The translations under genes were made by a program, and so were the position numbers. 64,000 nt of DNA from an uncultured Muribaculaceae bacterium. Lineage in GTDB: Bacteria; Bacillota_I; Bacilli_A; RF39; UBA660. Location: contig CAYJKH010000004.1 of the NCBI GenBank assembly GCA_964371025.1, positions 46,448 through 110,447 of the forward strand, written 5' to 3'. Below the pieces are notes generated by a model, which was not told where the DNA came from, did no database searches, and was given only the letters and a program-made list of their open reading frames with translations. Shown piece after piece: positions 28,176 through 37,736 of this stretch (its first letter is position 1; each line of letters starts with the position of its first letter).

Positions 28176-29428
28176 TATATTACCTCCACTGATACATTAC
28201 CATCATTAAATTCTATTGATAATTTATCTTTTTTCTTTAAATTTTTACTACTATTAATTACTCTATCATCTTTTTTAGTTATCGTATATCCTCTTTTTAT
28301 AGTAAGTAAAGGAGATAATGGTTCTAAGTTAGATAATAATTGTAAATATTTATTAGTTTTATTATCAATTAATAATTTAGGACTATTTAATATATAAGAA
28401 TTACTTACTTTATTATAATCATTCTTTTTAATTGATGTTAAGTTCATTATATTAAATTTCAATTGCTCTAAAAGAGCAGAAAAATGCATTTCTTTACTAT
28501 CGATTAAATTCATTGGTTTTTGTAAGATATGACGTGATTTAATTGATACTAACTTTTCTTTGTTTATTTCTAATTTATTAGTAATAATTTTATTTAATCT
28601 AATATTTATTTGATTTAGATAAGTTGTGACATCTGTAATATGAGGAACTGCTAACTCTGCTGCTGCTGTTGGAGTTGGAGCTCTTAAGTCCGCTACAAAA
28701 TCACTAATTGTAAAGTCAATTTCATGCCCAACAGCGCTAATAATTGGAATATTTGATGCATATATCTCCCTAGCTACTTCTTCTTCGTTAAAGGGCCATA
28801 GATCTTCTATACTTCCTCCTCCTCTTCCAACAATCAATGTATCTAAATCATATGAGTTTGCGAGTTTTATTTGTTTTACAATATCATCTTTTGCAAATTC
28901 TCCTTGAACTAAAGCTGGAAATAAAATAATTTCTGTAAGGGGCCATCTTCTTTTAATTGTAGAAATAATATCTTTTATAGCAGCTCCAGTTGGAGCTGTA
29001 ATTACTCCAACTCTTTTAGGGATTTTTGGAATTGGTTTTTTGCATAAAGAATCAAATAATCCTTCTTTTTGGAGTTTTTCTTTTAACTGTTCATACGCTA
29101 TATGTAAGTTCCCTACTCCATCTTCTAACATTTCTCCTACATAAATTTGATATCCTCCAGTTTGTTCATACACTGAAATTTTTCCAGTAATTAAAACTTT
29201 CATTCCATCTTGAGGAGTAAATTTTATTTTAGAGGCACTTGATGCAAACATTACAGCATTTATTCTTGAATTTTCATCTTTCAAAGTAAAATAAAAATGC
29301 CCTCTAGTATGATTTTTAAAATTAGAAATTTCCCCTTTTAAAAACACTTCTTGTAAATGGCTATCATTATCTATTTTGTACTTTATATATTTAGTTAGTT
29401 GTGAAATACTAATGTATTTATCATTCAT
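28175..29428 (-). CDS. xseA: Exodeoxyribonuclease VII large subunit
   Basis: N-terminal OB-fold (VFLKGEISNFKNH..GHFYFTLKD), GRGGGSIEDLWPFN motif. AGGAGG RBS favours ATG 29428 over the ORF-track start 29461. Confidence 0.9.
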   Translation of the reverse strand: MNDKYISISQLTKYIKYKIDNDSHLQEVFLKGEISNFKNHTRGHFYFTLKDENSRINAVMFASSASKIKFTPQDGMKVLITGKISVYEQTGGYQIYVGEMLEDGVGNLHIAYEQLKEKLQKEGLFDSLCKKPIPKIPKRVGVITAPTGAAIKDIISTIKRRWPLTEIILFPALVQGEFAKDDIVKQIKLANSYDLDTLIVGRGGGSIEDLWPFNEEEVAREIYASNIPIISAVGHEIDFTISDFVADLRAPTPTAAAELAVPHITDVTTYLNQINIRLNKIITNKLEINKEKLVSIKSRHILQKPMNLIDSKEMHFSALLEQLKFNIMNLTSIKKNDYNKVSNSYILNSPKLLIDNKTNKYLQLLSNLEPLSPLLTIKRGYTITKKDDRVINSSKNLKKKDKLSIEFNDGNVSVEVI

Positions 29429-29520
29429 ATTACCTCCTAATTTATATAATAATTTTATCATAATATTTTTTTGTTGTATATAAGTTATTTATGTTATAAT
29501 CCTTTACAAGGAGTGTGAAT

Positions 29521-29832
29521 ATGGCAAGAACAATTAAAAGTATTGAATATAAAGTAAATAAAGAGGAGTTAATAACTAATATTAATAGTATTCTAAGTTC
29601 TAATGAATTTAAACCATTTAATTACAATGGAGAAAGCGTTTATAAAAAAGGAGTTGGTTTTTGGACTGCTGCTAAATATATTAAAATAGAATTTATAGAG
29701 AACAAAGTTAATATATCTGGTTGGGTTAAAAACTTTGGGGTTTCAGAAAGTAATTTAGAAGGATTTGTTGGGGTAATACCAAAATCTACTGTTACTAAAG
29801 TAATAAATGATATTATTGAAATAATTAAATAA
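29521..29832 (+). CDS. Hypothetical protein (103 aa)
   Basis: AAGGAG sits 6 nt upstream of ATG 29521. No family recognised. Confidence 0.5.
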   Translation: MARTIKSIEYKVNKEELITNINSILSSNEFKPFNYNGESVYKKGVGFWTAAKYIKIEFIENKVNISGWVKNFGVSESNLEGFVGVIPKSTVTKVINDIIEIIK

Positions 29833-29860
29833 AAAGTGTGTAGTTTATCTACACACTTTT
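29833..29860. terminator. Bidirectional terminator (hypothetical gene / nusB)
   Basis: AAAGTGTGTAG (29833-29843) / CTACACACTTT (29849-29859), 5-nt loop. Confidence 0.75.
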
Positions 29861-29861
29861 A

Positions 29862-30263
29862 TTATTCGCAATTATGATAAATACTATCTAAGACAGCATT
29901 AATTAATTTAGTAACAGCCGCATCACTATACTGTTTAGATAACTCAACTGCTTCATTAATAGCTACTATACTTGGAGTATCACTATGTTTTAATTCATAA
30001 ATTCCTAGTTTTAAAATAGCTTGATCTACTTTATTTAATCTATCGATTGTCCAGTTTTTAGTCATATGTTCATTAGCTAACTCTATAATACTTTTTTCAT
30101 TTTCTAAAATATATTTTATAGAATCATTAACAAAGTTATTTTCTATTTCAATTTTTTCTTTAATTAAGTCCTCTATATTATATTCATAGCTAGTATTGTT
30201 AATAATATTTACTTGATATAAAACAGTTATAATTATTTCTCTTAATTCACTTTTATTTTTCAT
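29862..30263 (-). CDS. nusB: Transcription antitermination factor NusB
   Basis: 133 aa. C-terminal INEAVELSKQYSDAAVTKLINAVLD is typical of NusB. AAGGAG RBS. Confidence 0.85.
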   Translation of the reverse strand: MKNKSELREIIITVLYQVNIINNTSYEYNIEDLIKEKIEIENNFVNDSIKYILENEKSIIELANEHMTKNWTIDRLNKVDQAILKLGIYELKHSDTPSIVAINEAVELSKQYSDAAVTKLINAVLDSIYHNCE

Positions 30264-30273
30264 ATTTACTCCT

Positions 30274-32814
30274 TTATTTATCTTCTATATTCTTTTTTAA
30301 TTGATATAAACACTCTAATGCCTCCAAAGGAGTCATATTAAGAGGATCTAACTTTTTAATTTCTTCTTCAATTTTACTTTCTTCTTTAACTTCTGTTATT
30401 TCAAATAAGGAAGTTTGGGTAAAAGTACTTTTTTTAACACTACTTTTTTCATATATATCTAGTATTTCTGATGCTCTTTTGATTACTGGTTTTGGAAGTT
30501 TGGCAAGGGCTGCTACATTTATTCCATAACTTTTATCAACTGCCCCATTTCTAATTTTATGTAAAAATGTTATTTTATCGTTTTCTTCTGTTGCTGCTAC
30601 ATGAATATTTTTTAAAGTAGGCAATTGTTGTTCTAGTGCTGTTAATTCATGATAATGAGTTGAAAATATGGTTTTTGCTTTTACAGTATCATGAATATAT
30701 TCTAAAATAGCTTGTGCTATACTCATCCCATCATAAGTTGCGGTCCCTCTTCCTAATTCATCAAATAAAATTAAACTTTTATTAGTAGCATTACTTATTG
30801 CAAGTTCGGCTTCTTTCATTTCTATCATAAAAGTAGATTCCCCACTAACTAAGTCATCACTTGCTCCAATCCGAGTAAATATTTGATCAAATATTGGCAT
30901 AGTAGCGCTGGAACATGGAACAAAGCACCCGATTTGAGCCATTATAATACTTATAGCTGTTTGTCTCATATAAGTAGATTTCCCAGACATATTAGGTCCT
31001 GTTATAAGTAAAATATTAGTATTCTGATTCATAGAAACATCATTAGATACATATTTATCTTTAATAACATTTTCTACTACTGGATGTCTACAGTCAACCA
31101 TTTTAATTATATTATCATTAGTAATTATAGGTCTATTTAATTTATACTTATCTGTACATATTGAAAATGCTTGTAATAAATCTATTTCACTAATAATCTT
31201 AGCATTATACTGAATCTTATCAATATATCGTTTAGTAGCTTCTTTTACATCATTAAATAATTTATATTCTAACTTTATAATTTTATCATGTGCTGACAAA
31301 ATTATATCTTCTTTTTCTTTAAGTAAAGGAGTAATAAATCTTTCACAATTAGCTAAAGTTTGCTTTCTATCGTATCCAAATTCATCTTTTATTAAATGTT
31401 TTTGTCCTTTAGTTACTTCTATATAATATCCAAAAACTTTATTAAACCCCACTTTTAAATTTTTAATACCCGTCTTTTTTATTTCTTCTTGTTCTATTTT
31501 TATAATATACTCTTTTGAATTACTACTAATTTCTCTTAATTCATCTAATTCTTTATTAAAACCATTTTTTATGATATTACCTTCATTTAAATTAAAAGGA
31601 GCATCTTCATTAATAGATTTTTCTAATAAACTATATAAATCATCTAATATAATTAATTCATCTTTATAATTGATATCTTTGATTATTTTATTAATATTTG
31701 GAAATACTTTAATAGAATTTTTTAATTGTAATAAATCTTTAGGATTTAAATTTTTGTAAGAAACTTTTCCTACTAATCTTTCTAAATCATATACATTATC
31801 AAGCTCATTAATTAAATCATCCCTTAATATAAACTCTGTAGAAAATTTCTCTACTAAATCATACCTATGATTAATATCATCGATTGATGTTAACGGGTTT
31901 AAGATATTGTGTTTTAAATAACGTGATCCCATCGCAGTCATACATTTATCTAATAACCAAAATAATGTATATTGTTTTGAGGAATCTTTAATTGATGTAA
32001 TTAATTCTAAGTTTTTAATAGTATTAATATCTAATCTTAAAATATCTTCATTTCTTGATATAGAACATTCTTGTAAATGAACTAAATCACTTTTCTTATT
32101 AGAAATAATATAATTTAGTAAATGTTTAATTCCTGTTATTATTCTATCATCATCAATATCCTTATATATATATTTATAATTAACTAACTCTTCTGTCTCG
32201 TTAGTAATAGTTACAATAACATTGTAAACACTTCTTAAAATCTCTACAATTTCTCGGTTGATATTATCACTTACAATTACTTCTTTAACTCCTAGTCGAA
32301 TAACTTCTTTAATCATCTTATCAATATCATTGTCCATTATTTTAGCATTAACTTCTCCAGTAGATATATCTATATATACTAAAATAAAACAAAAATTAAA
32401 GTCATATATACTAGCTATAAAATTATTACTCTTAGAATCTAAATTAGTATCAATAATAGTTCCTTTAGTAACTATTTGAACCACTTCACGAGTTACCATC
32501 CCTTTAACATCTTTAGCATCTTCCATCTGTTCTACTAAAGCAACTTTATATCCTTTTTCGATTAAAATTTCTAAATAATTACTAGCAGCATGGTGAGGAA
32601 TCCCACACATTGGAATTTTCTCTTCAAGTCCAGCTTGTTTGCCAGTTAAAGTTAAATCAAGGATTTTTGACATATTTACTGCATCTTCAAAAAACATTTC
32701 ATAAAAATCTCCAAGTCGAAAAAAAATAATACAATCTTCATTATTTTCTTTTATTTCAATGTATTGTTTCATCATTGGACTAAGTTTTTCTTTATCAATT
32801 TCCGATCTTCGCAT
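30274..32814 (-). CDS. mutS: DNA mismatch repair protein MutS
   Basis: 846 aa. N-terminal TPMMKQY-type motif (SPMMKQYIEIK), Walker A GPNMSGKSTYMRQ, DELGRGT, STHYHEL. Confidence 0.95.
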   Translation of the reverse strand: MRRSEIDKEKLSPMMKQYIEIKENNEDCIIFFRLGDFYEMFFEDAVNMSKILDLTLTGKQAGLEEKIPMCGIPHHAASNYLEILIEKGYKVALVEQMEDAKDVKGMVTREVVQIVTKGTIIDTNLDSKSNNFIASIYDFNFCFILVYIDISTGEVNAKIMDNDIDKMIKEVIRLGVKEVIVSDNINREIVEILRSVYNVIVTITNETEELVNYKYIYKDIDDDRIITGIKHLLNYIISNKKSDLVHLQECSISRNEDILRLDINTIKNLELITSIKDSSKQYTLFWLLDKCMTAMGSRYLKHNILNPLTSIDDINHRYDLVEKFSTEFILRDDLINELDNVYDLERLVGKVSYKNLNPKDLLQLKNSIKVFPNINKIIKDINYKDELIILDDLYSLLEKSINEDAPFNLNEGNIIKNGFNKELDELREISSNSKEYIIKIEQEEIKKTGIKNLKVGFNKVFGYYIEVTKGQKHLIKDEFGYDRKQTLANCERFITPLLKEKEDIILSAHDKIIKLEYKLFNDVKEATKRYIDKIQYNAKIISEIDLLQAFSICTDKYKLNRPIITNDNIIKMVDCRHPVVENVIKDKYVSNDVSMNQNTNILLITGPNMSGKSTYMRQTAISIIMAQIGCFVPCSSATMPIFDQIFTRIGASDDLVSGESTFMIEMKEAELAISNATNKSLILFDELGRGTATYDGMSIAQAILEYIHDTVKAKTIFSTHYHELTALEQQLPTLKNIHVAATEENDKITFLHKIRNGAVDKSYGINVAALAKLPKPVIKRASEILDIYEKSSVKKSTFTQTSLFEITEVKEESKIEEEIKKLDPLNMTPLEALECLYQLKKNIEDK

Positions 32815-32864
32815 ATATGTCTCTCCTCAAAGTATTATATCAAAAAATAACCTTTTAATAAAGG

Positions 32865-33878
32865 TTATTTTAATTTTTCTAACTTATTAACAGCATCCTC
32901 AAAACTATCTACTCCGATTAATTTTATATCAAGATTTTCATCATTTATAACTTTCTTAGCATTATTATAATTATTACCATTAACCGCTATAAAAATATCT
33001 GCGCCTTCTTTAACCGCACCACGGACTTTATGCTCTACTTCTCCAATTTCTCCTGCTACTCCTTCATAATCAATTGTTCCACTTCCAGCAATTGTATAGC
33101 CTTTTGTTAAATCTTCTTTAATTAATTGATCATATATATATAAAGTAGTTAATAAACCACCACTTGGACCACCTTCAGAAGAAGAAAAATTAATATCAAC
33201 ATCAACTGGAGTATCAAATGTATTCATAATTGATAAGGCTACTCCTAAAGCATTTTTACCATCAATTTCTTCTAGTTTAGCATTTATTATTTTTTCTTTT
33301 TTATCTCTTTCTATTAAAACTTCAACATCACTACCAGCTTCATACTTTTTAAAATAATCTTCTTGTTGAATAATATCAAAAAAATTCACATCATCAATCT
33401 TTCTAATAATATCCCCCACTTTATAATAATTATTATCCCCTATATTAGATATAACAATTGCATCAGTTCCTGTACTTTCAACATTAATTCCCGCTTTTGT
33501 AAATGCTAAATATATAGCATTTTGATTTGTTTCATTTAAAGATATTTCACTTCTTTTTTTTATCTCATCAAAACTTTCATCATCAGAATATGTATAATCA
33601 GATAATTTTTCTCTTTCCCAAGATGGGATTAAAAAGCTAAGTCCCACAGTTAATATATTACCTTTTTTTTGGGATACATAACTTAAATTAAAAGTTCCTT
33701 CACTAGAAGTTGCATCTTCTACTTTAATTTTATCAGTTGTATTAAGCATTCCTCCTCCTGTAAAGATTAAATAATCAAGGGGAAATATTAATATTCCTGT
33801 AAATATTATTAAAAATATTAAAAATTTATATTCTTCTTTTATATACTCTATTATTTTATTAAATCCTTTTTTTATCAT
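32865..33878 (-). CDS. YlbL/SepM-type membrane-anchored PDZ + Lon-like serine protease
   Basis: N-terminal TM, PDZ-like region (GDIIRKIDDV), Lon C-terminal-like GPSGGLLTTLYIY and GTIDYEGVAGEIGEVEHKV. Confidence 0.75.
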   Translation of the reverse strand: MIKKGFNKIIEYIKEEYKFLIFLIIFTGILIFPLDYLIFTGGGMLNTTDKIKVEDATSSEGTFNLSYVSQKKGNILTVGLSFLIPSWEREKLSDYTYSDDESFDEIKKRSEISLNETNQNAIYLAFTKAGINVESTGTDAIVISNIGDNNYYKVGDIIRKIDDVNFFDIIQQEDYFKKYEAGSDVEVLIERDKKEKIINAKLEEIDGKNALGVALSIMNTFDTPVDVDINFSSSEGGPSGGLLTTLYIYDQLIKEDLTKGYTIAGSGTIDYEGVAGEIGEVEHKVRGAVKEGADIFIAVNGNNYNNAKKVINDENLDIKLIGVDSFEDAVNKLEKLK

Positions 33879-33945
33879 ATTGCTCCTTTATTGTATATTA
33901 ATAATATCATAATTAAATATTTAATTCTAGGTGAAAAATATAATA

Positions 33946-33973
33946 AAAGGATTAGAAATATTTCTAATCCTTT
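33946..33973 (-). terminator. Terminator hairpin closing the pilin operon
   Basis: Perfect inverted repeat AAAGGATTAGAAA-TA-TTTCTAATCCTTT. On the minus strand it is followed by a T-rich stretch. Very similar to the hairpin at 2402-2426. Confidence 0.6.
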
Positions 33974-34181
33974 AGAGTCACTCATAGGATATGCATTTAA
34001 CATATTAATAGAAGTTGCTTCAGTATCATTTAAGACAAGAGATTGATACTGATGTCCTGTAAACTTTATTTCATTAGTACTTTGATTAGATATTACAAAT
34101 AAGGAGCTGATGACCCTATTAATAATATAATTACTATAAATAATGCTATTATTTCGACTTTACATGCTTTTAATTTTTTCA
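33965..34181 (-). pseudogene. 5' remnant (about 217 nt) of a DUF285 surface-protein gene paralogous to 746..2389
   Basis: The reverse complement aligns base-for-base with 746-964, with about 10 substitutions and a 1-nt indel. The reading frame stops after 29 codons (MKKLKACKVEIIALFIVIILLIGSSAPYL*). Homology ends at AAAGGATTA, where the terminator hairpin begins. Confidence 0.85.
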
Positions 34182-34207
34182 TATATACTGTTCTCTTTGT
34201 TATCTCA

Positions 34208-35719
34208 TTATTTAACTACAAAAGTTAATCCTGCGGGTCTAGAATTAGTTTTTTCTAATATAGCTTTATCAGCAGTATTTCTCACATATACTGTATTAAG
34301 TGTCGTATTTTCAGCAAAAGTTGCTGCAATATTGTATGATACATCAGTTAAGACCCCACTAAAATCATTTTTAGATAAATCTAAAGTTGTCATACTAGTT
34401 AACCCTCTAAAAGTTGATTGTATATTTTCAACATTACTCGTATCCCAACTAGATATATCAAGTGATTTCAATTTATAACAATGTAGGAAAAAACTTTGCA
34501 TATTTGTTATTAAATGAGGATTAAAACCCGTTAAATCAAGTGTTTCCATTTTGTAATTATAAGCAAACATAGCATAAGCATTAGTAACATTAGTAACATT
34601 AAAAGTAGATAAGTCTAGATTAATTATGTTATCCATTTGTCTAAACATACCATACATATAAGTTGTTTTATCAGTATTTAAAGTTGATACATCTAAATGT
34701 TCGATTGCTGAACAATCCATAAATACACCACCCATGTTAGTTACATCTCTAGTATCAAATATTCCATTAAATTCAATAGTTTTCAATGTTGTAAAACTTC
34801 TAAACATATTTTGAATACTCTCAGGAGCTAATATTCTATTATTAGATTGAATATGTAAAACATTAGTGCTATCAATATATGCTAGAATCGTACCATCATT
34901 ATTTTCTGAATAGTCCCATTTATTTGTAGCGTTATCATATGCTGCTTGATCTATTCCTTTTTCAAATAAAACACCCTCTAGTTCAAACTTAGGAGTAAAT
35001 GTTGCTCCATCATATCCTGTGAACATAGCATCATACCAACCACCAGTAGCGTCAAAAGCTTTCATTTTAACTGCATCACTTCTATCATAATTCATTACAA
35101 ATTCATCATAATTAACAGGAACTGTAACTATTAAATCATACGGTTCTTCTAATTCGTTATGAGCAAAATTTATTTCAAGTGTAAATATACTATTACTAAT
35201 AGTTGTTTTAATATTACTTATAGTTAAGTTAGGAAAGAAGATTCCTGAATCTTTATATTCTCTTTCTCCTAGATTTGGTACTTTATAATCTTCATCATCA
35301 TAAATAATTGATGTTATGCTTTTTAAATTGATTAACTCTGCTATTACAGAAGCATCTTCATTTGCTTCTAATAAACCAGCAACATCTCTACTTTTTATAA
35401 TCAAATCTTTTGTAGAACCATCTGTAAAAGAAAAAGTTATATTACTAGTAGTTACATACTTAGTATTATCATTATTTGTATTACCCGCTGTTGTTGTATT
35501 AAATGTTACATCTTCTAATCCCATTTCTACTATATCCTTTTGAATATCTCTATTTAATAAATCTTTATATGTAAATAAATCTAATTTATATGCTTCAATA
35601 GTATTTTTGTTAAAAAATCCAATTACTGAATTAAATAAAACTACTGATAATACTGCTACTATTGAAAAAGTAATTACTAATTCTACAGAAGTTAACCCTT
35701 TTTTATTTATTCTTCTCAT
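34208..35719 (-). CDS. Modular type IV pilin-like protein with C-terminal DUF285/BspA-like repeat domain
   Basis: AAGGAG RBS. Prepilin-type leader MRRINKKG|LTSVELVITFSIVAVL (Gly-1, Glu+5). The central about 90 aa is homologous to the 547-aa protein. Five 26-residue repeats of the LDLSxF(D/N)xxNVTNxxxMF type. Confidence 0.75.
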   Translation of the reverse strand: MRRINKKGLTSVELVITFSIVAVLSVVLFNSVIGFFNKNTIEAYKLDLFTYKDLLNRDIQKDIVEMGLEDVTFNTTTAGNTNNDNTKYVTTSNITFSFTDGSTKDLIIKSRDVAGLLEANEDASVIAELINLKSITSIIYDDEDYKVPNLGEREYKDSGIFFPNLTISNIKTTISNSIFTLEINFAHNELEEPYDLIVTVPVNYDEFVMNYDRSDAVKMKAFDATGGWYDAMFTGYDGATFTPKFELEGVLFEKGIDQAAYDNATNKWDYSENNDGTILAYIDSTNVLHIQSNNRILAPESIQNMFRSFTTLKTIEFNGIFDTRDVTNMGGVFMDCSAIEHLDVSTLNTDKTTYMYGMFRQMDNIINLDLSTFNVTNVTNAYAMFAYNYKMETLDLTGFNPHLITNMQSFFLHCYKLKSLDISSWDTSNVENIQSTFRGLTSMTTLDLSKNDFSGVLTDVSYNIAATFAENTTLNTVYVRNTADKAILEKTNSRPAGLTFVVK

Positions 35720-35728
35720 ATATTCTCC

Positions 35729-36286
35729 TTATATACTAAATTCCATATTACTATATGAAAGGTATTTTTCACCATTTGTACTAGAAGTTCTTTCGAATTC
35801 TACAAACATTCTATATTTATTATTGTATTTAGATGCTACCGTAAAACTAGGTAGAGAATTTATATATATTTTGAATCCCTCTGTTGTAATATCAGAATTA
35901 TTTATAGTATTTTTAAAGTCTGTTATTTTATAACTTGTTATATACACTGTTTTAATATCATTTGCTGAAACTAAAGCTCTACAAGAATTTTCTTGTTCAG
36001 CATTTAACAAAGTACAAACATCACTATTTTCATATTTTATAAAAGTATTAGTTCCAATAGCAGCATCCACTTCACTACTAGCAGTATCTTTATTATTATC
36101 TTTTATAAGTTTTATAATCCAGTACATTCCATACTTACTATTAACATCGTCATATACTTCTCTTTTTTCATATTCTCCCATAAATACAGCACTATTTACA
36201 AAGATTATGGCAAATAAAGACATTAAAAAAGCTGATACTACTAGTAATTCTACTGTTACAAACCCTTTACAATTATTACTTTTCAT
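35729..36286 (-). CDS. Type IV pilin / pseudopilin-like protein
   Basis: AAGGAG RBS. Leader MKSNNCKG|FVTVELLVVSAFLMSLFAII (Gly-1, Glu+5). 185 aa with a Cys pair (CTLLNAEQENSC) reminiscent of a pilin disulfide loop. Confidence 0.7.
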   Translation of the reverse strand: MKSNNCKGFVTVELLVVSAFLMSLFAIIFVNSAVFMGEYEKREVYDDVNSKYGMYWIIKLIKDNNKDTASSEVDAAIGTNTFIKYENSDVCTLLNAEQENSCRALVSANDIKTVYITSYKITDFKNTINNSDITTEGFKIYINSLPSFTVASKYNNKYRMFVEFERTSSTNGEKYLSYSNMEFSI

Positions 36287-36376
36287 ATATAATTTCTCCT
36301 TGCTATTCTCTATTATTTATTATATACTAATTTATAGTAGAATACCATAGCAATTTATTAAAAAGGGGTTGAAAAT

Positions 36377-37702
36377 ATGGTTACATTTGATTTTACAAAA
36401 ACACCAGTTACGCAAATAGTAGACTATGTAATACTATATGCAGCTAAAGCTAGTTCATCTGATATCCACTTTGACCCTCGTGAAAAAGGATTAATGATTA
36501 GAATCAGAATAGATGGAGAATTACAAGATTTCACATTTATTCCTAAAGATTTTCAGAAAAATTTAATAACTCGTATTAAAATTTTATCTAATATGAATAT
36601 TACAGAAACTAGATTACCACAAGATGGTGCAATTAAGGGTGATTTTTCGGGAGTATATTTAGATATGAGGGTTTCTTCTCTTCCCACTAATGAAGGAGAA
36701 AAAATAGTTATTCGTATTCTTGATTATACTAGAAGTTTTCAAGGCCTAGATTATTTAGGATTTAATCAAGATAATTTAGTAAAAATAAAAAGGATGATTG
36801 AAGTTCCAAATGGAATTATATTAGTCACAGGTGCTACTGGTAGTGGTAAATCTACTACTGTATACTCTATGCTCCAAGCTCTAAATAAACCGGAGATTAA
36901 TATTGTTACAGTAGAAGATCCGGTTGAAATGTCAATTGAAGGTATTAATCAAGTTCAAGTAAATTCAGAAATTGGAATGACTTTTGGAACTGCTTTAAGA
37001 TCTATCTTAAGACAAGACCCAAATATTATTCTAATTGGAGAAATCAGAGATTCGGAAACTGCCAAAATTGCAGTAAGAGCATCTATTACAGGACATTTAG
37101 TTTTATCTACTCTACATACTAATAATACATTATCTACAATTGAAAGATTACTTGATATGGATGTTGAAAGATATTTCTTATCAAGCGCTATTACTGGTAT
37201 TATTTCTCAAAGACTCGCTAAACAGCTATGTCCAAAATGTCGTATACAAAGAGCCGCTACTCCTGGAGAAAAGCAAGCTTATAAAACATTTGCTAATCAA
37301 GATATTACTAATATATGGGACGCTAATAAAGATGGGTGTGAAAATTGTCGAAATGGTTATAAAGGACGAATTGCAATTCATGAAGTATTAGAAATTAATG
37401 AAAATTTACGTGATGTTATAAATGAGGAAAATGTTAAAAAAGAAGTATTAAGAGCGGAAGTTTATGAAAAAAATAATACTATAACTTTATTAAGAGATGG
37501 ATTACTTAAAATAATGAGTGGTTTAACTACATTTGAAGAAATATATAGAATTATTGAAATAGATGAATCTACTATTGTAAAAAAAGTAGAACCTAAAATA
37601 GATAAAACAACAGATTCTCAAGTTACAACCACTCCAATTAATGCAATAACTCCCCCTAATAATACACTTATTCAACACTATAGCCAATCAAATAATCAAT
37701 AA
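36377..37702 (+). CDS. Type IV pilus / competence pseudopilus assembly ATPase (GspE/PilB/ComGA family)
   Basis: RLPQDGAIKG, Walker A GATGSGKST, Asp box VEDPVE, Walker B ILIGEIRD, His box GHLVLSTLHTN, tetracysteine CPKC...CENC. Has a Thr/Pro/Asn-rich C-terminal tail. Confidence 0.85.
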   Translation: MVTFDFTKTPVTQIVDYVILYAAKASSSDIHFDPREKGLMIRIRIDGELQDFTFIPKDFQKNLITRIKILSNMNITETRLPQDGAIKGDFSGVYLDMRVSSLPTNEGEKIVIRILDYTRSFQGLDYLGFNQDNLVKIKRMIEVPNGIILVTGATGSGKSTTVYSMLQALNKPEINIVTVEDPVEMSIEGINQVQVNSEIGMTFGTALRSILRQDPNIILIGEIRDSETAKIAVRASITGHLVLSTLHTNNTLSTIERLLDMDVERYFLSSAITGIISQRLAKQLCPKCRIQRAATPGEKQAYKTFANQDITNIWDANKDGCENCRNGYKGRIAIHEVLEINENLRDVINEENVKKEVLRAEVYEKNNTITLLRDGLLKIMSGLTTFEEIYRIIEIDESTIVKKVEPKIDKTTDSQVTTTPINAITPPNNTLIQHYSQSNNQ

Positions 37703-37736
37703 AAAGCAATTCACTCTGATATGAATTGCTTTTTTT
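37702..37736. terminator. Bidirectional terminator (ATPase / tmk)
   Basis: AAAAGCAATTC (37702-37712) / GAATTGCTTTT (37723-37733) plus a T-run. Confidence 0.7.

Noticed and set aside
30274-32814. mutS without an adjacent mutL as a sign of a defective or unusual mismatch-repair system
   Set aside because: The mutS-mutL linkage is common but not universal, so mutL may simply lie elsewhere. Nothing in the MutS sequence looks degenerate.
34143-35933. Plus-strand ORFs 34143..34478, 35316..35543 and 35607..35933 opposite the pilin genes
   Set aside because: They are antisense shadows of the two pilin-like genes and the pseudogene remnant. They have no RBS and hydrophobic low-complexity translations.
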